From a virus (lineage: Duplodnaviria; Caudoviricetes): a stretch of 44,747 nucleotides of DNA. The notes beneath the pieces were generated by a model, which was not told the origin of the DNA, did no database searches, and saw nothing but the letters and a program-made list of their open reading frames with translations. Made by a program: the position numbers and the translations under genes. This document shows, in pieces, positions 9,885 through 17,660 of this stretch. The stretch is taken from positions 1-44,747 of the IMG/VR virus record IMGVR_UViG_3300031949_000074; one strand, written 5' to 3'. Position 1 is the stretch's first letter. Every line of letters begins with the position of its first letter.

Positions 9885-10351
9885 AGGTGTTGAATCTCGG
9901 CTGCGGCAACAAGCTGATCGTCGCCAAGCCCGGCGAGATAGTGGTGAACCACGACCGGATGAAACATCGGCCCGAGGTGAACGTGGCGCACGACCTGAAT
10001 CTACTGCCGTGGCCCTGGCGAGACAACACCTTCAGCCTGGTGCATGCCTGCTCGGTGTTGGAGCATTTGCGCATCCCGTTGGTGGATAGCATGGGCGAGT
10101 GCTGGCGAATCCTCGCGCCGGGCGGGCATCTGCGGGTGAAGGTCCCATACTGGAATTCGGACGCGGCACATTCCGACCCCACGCACTACTGGACATTCTC
10201 GCCGCATGTGTTCGAGTATTTCGATCCGAGCGCCAAACGCGGCCAACAGTACGGATTCTATGAGGGCGTGCGACCCTGGTTTATTGCGCATCCGCCCACC
10301 ATCAATCGGGCACGAACGAGCATCATCACTGTGTTGGAGGTGCGCAAGTGA
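9881..10351 (+). CDS. SAM-dependent methyltransferase (type 11-like)
   Basis: VLNLGCG, HDLNLLPWPWRDNTF, SVLEHL, ECWRILAPGG, DPTH. Confidence 0.88.
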   Translation: MKVLNLGCGNKLIVAKPGEIVVNHDRMKHRPEVNVAHDLNLLPWPWRDNTFSLVHACSVLEHLRIPLVDSMGECWRILAPGGHLRVKVPYWNSDAAHSDPTHYWTFSPHVFEYFDPSAKRGQQYGFYEGVRPWFIAHPPTINRARTSIITVLEVRK

Positions 10352-11040
10352 ACGCGCTCGTGTTGCGTGCTTCCGACAAAACCGCAAAAGCCTATCAGCG
10401 CAAGTTCGGGTACGAGCTGTCTGTGTCTGACGGTTGGGAACTGCCCGCCGAGCGCACGCTGTTCGTTGCCACCGGCACGGCGGTGCCATACAACCTGCTT
10501 GACGCGGGCTACCATTGGCTGGAACGCTGGGACGTGGCCGCGCCGTTGTGGCGCTATGGCGTACTGGCGGCTGATATCGGGACGCCTAGCGAGCGCAAAG
10601 CGACCGAGAAAGTGATTCTGGATCTGCGGCAACTGCTCTACGCCCACGAGCTGTTGTTCGTGCGCGATAGCGAGGCCGGGCGGGGATTCCTACAGCGCTG
10701 GCGGTTGGAGTGCGTTGGCAAGGGAATTGAATCACGGCTGGCGTTTCTGCGGGCGCTGCATATCGTCAAGCCGCTGTTCTGCGCGTTGCCGTGCTCGTGG
10801 TTGGCGGCGGAAGCGCAGCGCGCCCGGCAGGATGCGCGGGCGCATATAGCCGGGCCTATACCGCCCAAGGAGTTTCGCATTCAGGGCGGGGCGCTGAGCC
10901 AGGTCACCAAACCGCACCGCACCCCGGCAGGGCTGGTGCATGTCGAACTGGCGCCGGGGCGCTATATGCTCTGCCGACCGGGCGACGAGGATGTGGTGCG
11001 CGAGCGGTTCGGAAATCTGGGGAAACGGAGGCATGCATGA
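10348..11040 (+). CDS. Degenerate paralog of the GT-A domain of 6172-7887 (no DxD motif)
   Basis: Aligns by eye: TLFVATGTAV vs VLYLDADTVV; GFLQRWRLE vs RFFARWQAE; ESRLAFLRAL vs RDQGALLRAL. Confidence 0.55.
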   Translation: MNALVLRASDKTAKAYQRKFGYELSVSDGWELPAERTLFVATGTAVPYNLLDAGYHWLERWDVAAPLWRYGVLAADIGTPSERKATEKVILDLRQLLYAHELLFVRDSEAGRGFLQRWRLECVGKGIESRLAFLRALHIVKPLFCALPCSWLAAEAQRARQDARAHIAGPIPPKEFRIQGGALSQVTKPHRTPAGLVHVELAPGRYMLCRPGDEDVVRERFGNLGKRRHA

Positions 11041-11336
11041 CGCTAATCACCTCACGCGTGGCTAAGGGCGCCTGCCCCGTCTGCGGCGCGGCCAACTGTA
11101 GCTGCAAGGGTACCGGCGACGGTGCGGGCGGAAGCGGCGTCGTTATCCGCCCGGCCCAGAAGGGCGGCGGGCCGTTGGTGCACATCCCGCTGCGGGATGG
11201 CCTGAGCATTCAGGTAACCGAGCAAACGGCGCGGGAGTTGGGGTACCTAGAGGCTGAACCGGAGCCGGAGCAAAAGATGCAAACGCCGGTGAAAAACAAG
11301 ATGAGGCGCAAGAGCGCCAACAAGGCACTCGATTAA
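11037..11336 (+). CDS. Small head-region protein with CPVCGAANCSC motif and basic tail
   Basis: ATGA coupling at 11037-11040; Cys cluster; KMQTPVKNKMRRKSANK tail of the kind seen in post-capsid small proteins. Confidence 0.65.
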   Translation: MTLITSRVAKGACPVCGAANCSCKGTGDGAGGSGVVIRPAQKGGGPLVHIPLRDGLSIQVTEQTARELGYLEAEPEPEQKMQTPVKNKMRRKSANKALD

Positions 11337-11347
11337 GGGGGACTGAC

Positions 11348-11755
11348 ATGGCACTGAACCCGAAGTTTTCAAACGAGTCCGTCAACGCGGAGGCGGACGC
11401 GCTCGCCCCGCTTGCCAACAGCGGCAAGCTCCGCATCTACACCGGGTCGCAACCCGCCACTGCCGATGACGCCATCGGGGCAGTGACCCTTCTGGCCGAA
11501 CTGACGATGAATGCGACCGCGTTCGGGGCGGCGGTAGCGGGCGTACTCACCGCCAACGCCATCACGGCTGACAGCACCGCCGACGATACCGGAACGGCGG
11601 CCTGGTTCCGCATCTGGAAGTCCGACGGCACATCGCCGCTGTGCGATGGCTCGGTCGGCACGTCAGGGTGCGACCTGAACCTGAACTCTGTCGCGATCCA
11701 AGCGGGCGCTGAGGTCAGCGTGACCAGTCTGACGATCACGGTTAGCGAGGGCTAG
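11348..11755 (+). CDS. Virion structural protein, putative capsid fibre/spike base
   Basis: LRIYTGSQPATADDA...TGTAAWFRI...DGSVGTSGCDLNL; good RBS; precedes a long fibre-like gene. Confidence 0.6.
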   Translation: MALNPKFSNESVNAEADALAPLANSGKLRIYTGSQPATADDAIGAVTLLAELTMNATAFGAAVAGVLTANAITADSTADDTGTAAWFRIWKSDGTSPLCDGSVGTSGCDLNLNSVAIQAGAEVSVTSLTITVSEG

Positions 11756-11759
11756 TACA

Positions 11760-11803
11760 GCGGGGATATTCCGCCTGCCCCGATAATGTCGGGGTATCCC
11801 CGC
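11760..11803 (+). promoter_or_regulatory. Intergenic bulged stem-loop without U-tract
   Basis: GCGGGGATA/TATCCCCGC outer stem, CCCCGA/TCGGGG inner stem. Confidence 0.55.
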
Positions 11804-11832
11804 CCCGTGGCCGGCTAGGGAGCTAGATAGGC

Positions 11833-12123
11833 ATGGCAAATATTACCGTCCCCATCATGTCGATAAACGGCGGTCTCGTGTTGGTGGAAGTCACCGTGAA
11901 TGACGCCAACCTGAATGTCGGGCGCTTCACGGTGACTAACGATTCCGACTATGCCGTCTATCTGGTGGCGAGCGCCCCCGCCGTCGGCGCCGTAACCTGG
12001 ACCGTGCCTGCGCATACCACGCAGTTCCGCGTGCTGGGCAGCTTCAAACTCGTGGCCACGGGCGACCCTGGTTCCCCTCTGAGCATGGGAGATTTCACGA
12101 CCCAGATTAGGTGGCCGGCCTGA
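11833..12123 (+). CDS. Hypothetical beta-rich structural protein
   Basis: 96-aa ORF with RBS, coupled (TGATG) to the next gene. Confidence 0.6.
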   Translation: MANITVPIMSINGGLVLVEVTVNDANLNVGRFTVTNDSDYAVYLVASAPAVGAVTWTVPAHTTQFRVLGSFKLVATGDPGSPLSMGDFTTQIRWPA

Positions 12124-14510
12124 TGGCAATCTCGGTAACGGCATTAGGCACAAATCAGAATAAGGCGAGCGCCGACCCGTGGACGGCGTTTAGCAGCATC
12201 ACGCTGGCGACGGGCGATGCCCTGATCTTGTGCCTCGTGTCAGACTATGTCTCACTTCTGCCCGCGATGACATGGAATGGCGTGGCAAATTCGGAATCGT
12301 TGTCGTTTGCAGACGCCTCCTTCAACCTCTTCGGCGTGATCGCGATTTGGCCCAATGTTACCGGCGCGACCGGCGATGTGGCGATTGACTGGTCGGGCAC
12401 GCCGCCCGTGGCAATGGCTGCTACGCTCTATAAAGCCTCGGGCCTGGCTACTACTACGCTAATCGACAAAACCAGTATCAGCTCCAATTCTGGCTCTACT
12501 GCATATACGGGTTATACCGGCGTGCTTTCGCAGGCGGGTGAGCTCGCGATTGCATGTACTGCCTTCGAAGATGAAATCGATGATGCGCACGGCACTTGGT
12601 TAACCGGCGCTGGCTATGTCTCCGGCAACGAGCAGTTTGGCGCTACCAACGGCGGCGGGGATGCTAGTAACGTGCAATGCCACTCGGTGGCGGCAGTGCT
12701 ATCGAGTACCGATCAGGTACAGGGTACGGATACGGGCCACGATGCAGGTCTCAACTCCATCGCTGCCATTGTCACGCTTAAGGGCGGCGCCAGTACCTTC
12801 ACCGGCACGGCTGCTCTAACACAGGCTGTTGCCGCGATAGCGGCCACCGGCACCTACACACCACTGGCTATCACCGGCACGGCGACAGTTACCCAACCGG
12901 CTAGCTCGCTTGCCGCAACGGGCGCGCAAACATTCAGCGGCACAGGCGCGCTGACGCAATCCGTCCAGGCAATCGCCGCCACCGGTGCTCTAACGTTCAG
13001 CGCAACGGGCGCTGAGACCCAACCGGCGGCCAGTATCGCTGCAAGCGGTGCATTAACGTTCGCCGCGTCCGGGGCATTGACGCAACCTACCGCAGCTATT
13101 GCCGCGAGTGGCGCGCAGACATTCGCGGGTACGGGTGCAATCACGCAGGCCGCCAACGCAATCGCCGCCACCGGGACGCTAGCGTTCGCGGGATCGGGCG
13201 CGCTTGCACAGACCACCGCCGCGCTAGATGCCACGGGGGTTCTGGCGATGGGCGGGAGCGCCGCTCTGAGCCAAGCTGTCGCCACATTGGCGGCGGAAGG
13301 CGTTTATACCCCTCTGGCGATTAGCGGCGTGGGTGCGGTTACACAGGCGGTTGGCGCAATCGCGGCCACGGGCGAGACGTCTACATCTGCGGTAACCGGC
13401 ACCGCCGCGCTTACTCAACCTGCCGGGGCCATCGCTGCAACCGGCGCGCTTGCGTTCACCGGCACGGGCGCAATCGCACAAGCGGCCGTCGCTCTCGCTG
13501 CTACAGGGCTAGAGACATTCGCCGGCACTGGCGCCCTCACTCAACCCGCTGCGGCCCTCGCGGCCACCGGAGCGCAGACGTTTGCGGGGGCCGGTGCTCT
13601 GGCCCAACCCACCGGGGCCGTAGCGGGCACTGGCGCGCTCACGTTCGCGGGGGCGGCGGCCATCGCGCAAGCGGCCAGCGCGGCAATCGCGGGCACTGGC
13701 AGCCAGACGTTCAAGGCCAGCGGGGCCGTGGCGCAAGCGGCGGCGGCGGTAGCGGCAACCGGCGTGCAGACATTCGCCGGCATGGTCACCGAGACCCAGC
13801 CCGCTGCAACCATCGCTGCAACCGGGGCGCAGACGTTCACGGGGGCGGGCTCACTCTCACAACCCGCAGCGGCAATCTCCGGCGAGGGGGCTTCCCTGCT
13901 CGCAATCACCGGCACGGGCGCACTCGTGCAACCGCCCGCCGCAATCGAGGCCACGGGCACGGCGGCGGAACTTGAGGCCATTACCGGCACGGCCGCACTC
14001 GAACAAGTGGCAGCGGCAATCGCCGCCACCGGCGCTCAGACCTTCGCGGGGGCGGGCGCATTGGCGCAACCCGCCGGGGCCGTCGTGGGAACCGGAGCGC
14101 TGGCATTCATGGGGGCGGCCACTGAGACACAGCCTGCCGGGGCCGTCACGGGAATCGGCGGCCAAACCTTCACCGCCATGGGTACACTGGCTCAACCGGC
14201 GGCGGCGGTCTCCGGCAATGGTATTTCTCTACTGGCCATCACCGGCACGGGCGCTTTGGCGCAAGCGGACAACTCGCTCGCTGCCACTGGCCTAACGCTA
14301 TTGTCAATCACGGGGGTGGCGGACATAGTGCAAGCGGCCCACCATATGCTCGCCGTGGGCGTGTTCCTGCCGGCGACCATCGCCCCCGTGCGCGCCGATG
14401 CCATGGCAATTGACAGTCCGGGCGACGCGTTTGTGTCGGCACTACATCGCAACGCGGTTACGGCTACAACCGGCACACGGCAGGGCGGCGGCATTGTCGT
14501 CACCACCTAA
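12123..14510 (+). CDS. Ala/Gly/Thr-rich repeat fibre protein (putative head fibre)
   Basis: Globular N-terminal ~225 aa then about 24 repeats of ~21 aa (TFxGTGALTQPAAAIAATGAx); lies between head and neck genes. Confidence 0.7.
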   Translation: MAISVTALGTNQNKASADPWTAFSSITLATGDALILCLVSDYVSLLPAMTWNGVANSESLSFADASFNLFGVIAIWPNVTGATGDVAIDWSGTPPVAMAATLYKASGLATTTLIDKTSISSNSGSTAYTGYTGVLSQAGELAIACTAFEDEIDDAHGTWLTGAGYVSGNEQFGATNGGGDASNVQCHSVAAVLSSTDQVQGTDTGHDAGLNSIAAIVTLKGGASTFTGTAALTQAVAAIAATGTYTPLAITGTATVTQPASSLAATGAQTFSGTGALTQSVQAIAATGALTFSATGAETQPAASIAASGALTFAASGALTQPTAAIAASGAQTFAGTGAITQAANAIAATGTLAFAGSGALAQTTAALDATGVLAMGGSAALSQAVATLAAEGVYTPLAISGVGAVTQAVGAIAATGETSTSAVTGTAALTQPAGAIAATGALAFTGTGAIAQAAVALAATGLETFAGTGALTQPAAALAATGAQTFAGAGALAQPTGAVAGTGALTFAGAAAIAQAASAAIAGTGSQTFKASGAVAQAAAAVAATGVQTFAGMVTETQPAATIAATGAQTFTGAGSLSQPAAAISGEGASLLAITGTGALVQPPAAIEATGTAAELEAITGTAALEQVAAAIAATGAQTFAGAGALAQPAGAVVGTGALAFMGAATETQPAGAVTGIGGQTFTAMGTLAQPAAAVSGNGISLLAITGTGALAQADNSLAATGLTLLSITGVADIVQAAHHMLAVGVFLPATIAPVRADAMAIDSPGDAFVSALHRNAVTATTGTRQGGGIVVTT

Positions 14511-14557
14511 CGCGGCGGCGCGAGCGCGGCCGTTCGAGACAGGAAGGGGGGAGCGGA

Positions 14558-15436
14558 TTGAACGCATACGACATCGGCGATCTGATTCTGATTGAGGCCA
14601 CGATTGCGGTGGCGGGTGCGCCTGCCGACCCGACCACACTCACGCTCAGCGTGCGTGACGCGAGCGGCGCCGAGACAGTCTACGTGTACGGCACCGACGT
14701 CGAGTTGGTGCGAGATTCCCAGGGCAGCTATCACCTAGACTATCCGGCCACCGTTCACGGGCGGGGCACCTACGCATGGCTGGGCACCGGCGCGGCCACG
14801 TTCGGCGAGCAGGGCGCGTTCTATGTGCGGCGCACTCCCGCGTTCTGCCTGGTGGCCGACCTGGCCGCCTTCCTGCAAATCTCCATCGCCGTGGACAACG
14901 ACCCGGCCAATCGCGCCATCAGCGAGGCCAGCGCGGCGATCCGGAACTACACGCGGCAGGCCATCGAAGCCGTGACCGACGAGACGATCACGCTAGACTG
15001 CGCGGGCGGGGCGCGGCTGTTCCTGCCCGAGTTGCCCGTGACCGACATCGACGAGGTAATCGAGGACGGCGAGACATTGGTGGCTACCGACGACTACAAG
15101 CTCGGCCGGCATGGAATTCTGCACCGCATCGGGGCGACCTGGGCGGTGGGCATCCAGGTTATCGAGATCACCTACTCGCACGGCTATGCCGCCATCCCGC
15201 AAACCATCGTGGACGTTTGCACTCGCGCGGCGGCGCGCTCGTATCAGGCCGGGCTCAAGACCGCGGCGGTGTCGGGCGTCCCTGGCGTGCAGGGGCTTGG
15301 GCTAGGGGACTATAATGTGACCTATGCAAGCGAGGGCGCGTCCGGCACGCCCAACATGCTTGGGGCCAGCGGCGCGCCGATCCTGCTGCCGAGCGAGCGA
15401 GCCATGCTAAACGAGTATCGGGTGAAGCGACCGTGA
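14558..15436 (+). CDS. Head-tail adaptor with an extra N-terminal Ig/BppU-like domain
   Basis: C-terminal FCLVADLAAFL...AISEASAAIRNYTRQ...LFLPELPV...IEITYSHGYAAIP; N-terminal ~95 aa beta domain; TTG start after a strong RBS. Confidence 0.75.
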   Translation: MNAYDIGDLILIEATIAVAGAPADPTTLTLSVRDASGAETVYVYGTDVELVRDSQGSYHLDYPATVHGRGTYAWLGTGAATFGEQGAFYVRRTPAFCLVADLAAFLQISIAVDNDPANRAISEASAAIRNYTRQAIEAVTDETITLDCAGGARLFLPELPVTDIDEVIEDGETLVATDDYKLGRHGILHRIGATWAVGIQVIEITYSHGYAAIPQTIVDVCTRAAARSYQAGLKTAAVSGVPGVQGLGLGDYNVTYASEGASGTPNMLGASGAPILLPSERAMLNEYRVKRP

Positions 15437-15783
15437 GCGAGTTTGACGGGCTGCTCATTACCACGTTCGAGAGCTACCGCAAGGCGCGCGCGTCCGACGG
15501 CGCGGGCGGTTGGTCGGAAGCCTACGCGTCTATCGGGACGGTGCTAGGGCGCTTGCGTCCGCTCACGGCGACTGAACGCATCAGTGCGGACAAAGCCGAG
15601 GCGCGCGTGACGCACGTGCTCTACTGTCGCACCACGGCTGATGTCGCGCGGGGCGATATCGAGACGAGCGGCGACATGACGGTGGAGGTAATCGCGGTGC
15701 GCGAACCATCGCTCATGGCGCACCATTACGAGGTGGACTGCCGGCAGACACAACCCGAGGAGACAACATGGCTGGGGTCGTGA
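15433..15783 (+). CDS. Head closure / head-tail stopper protein
   Basis: SDGAGGW, THVLYC...DVARGD, HHYEVDC; neck position. Confidence 0.8.
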   Translation: MSEFDGLLITTFESYRKARASDGAGGWSEAYASIGTVLGRLRPLTATERISADKAEARVTHVLYCRTTADVARGDIETSGDMTVEVIAVREPSLMAHHYEVDCRQTQPEETTWLGS

Positions 15784-16118
15784 TTGACAGCTGGAATCAG
15801 CCCGCGATCCACGATTGGGTGGCGGCGAAGGTCGTTCGCGGCATGGACGCCGCCGGGGCGCATGTGGCGGGACGTGCACGCGCGAGGGTGAAAGTGCGTA
15901 CGGGCCTGGTGAAGGCGAACATCGATCACGAGGTGCGCGCGTTCGGCGACGAGGTGGTGTGCTGGGTCGGCGTGCGGCGGAAGGGCCGGGGCAACCGTGA
16001 TCCGTTCTACGCTCATTGGCTGGAAATGGGCAGTCGCACTCGCGCCGCGCATCCGTTCCTGCGGCCCGCGCTGTGGGAATCCCAGCACGAGATTCTCCGC
16101 ATGATCGAGGGGGCCTAG
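15768..16118 (+). CDS. HK97 gp10-like neck protein
   Basis: VRTGLVKANI, FYAHWLEMGSR..AAHPFLRPAL. Confidence 0.85.
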   Translation: MAGVVIDSWNQPAIHDWVAAKVVRGMDAAGAHVAGRARARVKVRTGLVKANIDHEVRAFGDEVVCWVGVRRKGRGNRDPFYAHWLEMGSRTRAAHPFLRPALWESQHEILRMIEGA

Positions 16119-16532
16119 ATGGATACGACAACCGCCATCTACAACCGCCTGGCCGGGGACGCCGCGCTTGTTGCGCTGCTCAACAGTTACAACGGCGAAC
16201 CGGCGATCTTCACCACCGACCCCGCGCCGGGTGATGCCGTGCTGCCCTACATCGTTACGGCGGGGCATGTGGCCGACACGAGTTGGGATACCAAGGTGCT
16301 GAGGGGGCGCGAGGTGTGGCGGGACGTGCGCTGCTACGCGGCGGCGTCGGGGTCGGCCCTGGCGGTGGAGGCGATTGCGGAACGAGTGCGGGCGCTGCTG
16401 CACCGCCACAAACTGAGCGTAGGAGGTCACCATGTCGTGATTGCTGAGGCGAGCGGGCCGGTGGTCGCCGACGAGCCGCCGGACGCATACGGTCGTATCG
16501 TCACCATCAGACTAGCGATAGGAGAAAACTAA
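16119..16532 (+). CDS. Tail terminator/completion protein (DUF3168-like)
   Basis: AIYNRLAGDAALVALL, LPYIV, IAERVRALLH. Confidence 0.8.
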   Translation: MDTTTAIYNRLAGDAALVALLNSYNGEPAIFTTDPAPGDAVLPYIVTAGHVADTSWDTKVLRGREVWRDVRCYAAASGSALAVEAIAERVRALLHRHKLSVGGHHVVIAEASGPVVADEPPDAYGRIVTIRLAIGEN

Positions 16533-16533
16533 C

Positions 16534-16944
16534 ATGGCACGCATGGATGGCACCGACATTCTGATCCTGGTCAACACCGGCACGCCCAGCGTGCCGGTAT
16601 ACGAGGCGCTGGCGACGCAGCGCACGATGAGCGACACGGACAACCGCACCGTGATTGATCTGAGCGCCAAAGGCGACGATCACGACTACGTCGAGGTGGG
16701 GCGGCAGACTAACTCGCTCACGGTAGAGTGTGTTTACGACCCCGAGGATGACGCCTATGAGGCGGTCAAGGCGGCCTATGCGGCGAAGGGCGACCTCCTT
16801 GTACGGCGTTCCGAGAACGCCGTTGATGTGGAAGAGGCCACGGCGAAGGTCTCCGGCATGAGCAAGGCCGGGCCCGACCAGGCCCCGGCGACCGTCTCGC
16901 TCGAGCTGCGGCTCAAGACGGCCTGGACAACGGTAGGGAGCTAA
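16534..16944 (+). CDS. Tail tube (major tail) protein, TP901-1-like
   Basis: GTDILILVN, IDLSAK, YEAVKAAY, ATVSLEL; precedes the chaperone and tape measure genes. Confidence 0.85.
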   Translation: MARMDGTDILILVNTGTPSVPVYEALATQRTMSDTDNRTVIDLSAKGDDHDYVEVGRQTNSLTVECVYDPEDDAYEAVKAAYAAKGDLLVRRSENAVDVEEATAKVSGMSKAGPDQAPATVSLELRLKTAWTTVGS

Positions 16945-16947
16945 GCG

Positions 16948-17310
16948 ATGACGACCGGAGCGAGGGGGGAAGGCTGGCTTGACGAGCAAAACCGGTGCTA
17001 TCCGGTGCTGTTCACGAACCGGGCATTGCTGGAAGTCGAGAAGGCCATCGGCAAGTCCATCACGCTGGTGGCCGGCTCGGGCAGCATGAACATGGCGAAC
17101 GATATCATCCGCGCGCTGCTCGTCGGGCTGGAGTATGGACGGCGCGAGGCGGGCGAGCGGAAGCTCGCGTACACAATGGCCGATGCGCACAATCTGCTTG
17201 ATGAGTTCGGCTACAAGCGCGCGCTCACCGTCGTGACGGAGGCGCTGGCCGAATGCGTCACCTGGGAACCGGAGCAATCGGAGGGTGAACCGGAGAACCC
17301 CCCGGAGTAA
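16948..17310 (+). CDS. Tail assembly chaperone (gpG equivalent)
   Basis: Between tail tube and tape measure; FTNRALLEVEKAIGKS; acidic end next to a slippery site. Confidence 0.8.
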   Translation: MTTGARGEGWLDEQNRCYPVLFTNRALLEVEKAIGKSITLVAGSGSMNMANDIIRALLVGLEYGRREAGERKLAYTMADAHNLLDEFGYKRALTVVTEALAECVTWEPEQSEGEPENPPE

Positions 17311-17660
17311 GCGCGGGCGAGTGGGACTGGGACAGCTACCTAGCCAACGCTTTAGAGCTGGGCCTGTCGGTAGCGGAGTTCTGGTCCCTCACCCCGCGCG
17401 AGACAGGTGCATGGTTCCGGGCGGCGGGCAAACGGCGAGAGGCCGAGGCCACGCGTGACAAAGTGCTGGCGTGGCTGATTGCGAGACTGAGCGGGTTCAG
17501 CGATCCGGGGCCGTTGGAACGATTGCTGGAACCGCCGCCCAGACCGCTAACCGAGGATGAACTAGCCGAGAAGCGGCGGCGCGCGGACGAGGTAAAACGC
17601 CGCTTAGGGGGCGACAAATGGCAGGCGAAGAGTCCAAAACGCTCGGCACGGCAAAAGTAG
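17298..17660 (+). CDS. -1 frameshift extension of the tail chaperone (gpGT equivalent)
   Basis: Heptamer C CCC CCG (17298-17304); -1 frame open to 17660 encoding LGLSVAEFWSLTPRE. Confidence 0.8.
   Translation, partial: PPGVSAGEWDWDSYLANALELGLSVAEFWSLTPRETGAWFRAAGKRREAEATRDKVLAWLIARLSGFSDPGPLERLLEPPPRPLTEDELAEKRRRADEVKRRLGGDKWQAKSPKRSARQK

Noticed and set aside
9360-10351. Methyltransferases as DNA methylases
   Set aside because: No DPPY/NPPY or PCQ catalytic motifs; short small-molecule-type proteins in a glycan cassette.
12790-14370. Long repetitive DNA as a CRISPR array or DGR repeat
   Set aside because: Repeats are degenerate, in frame and protein-level; no identical repeats with spacers, and no cas or reverse transcriptase gene seen.
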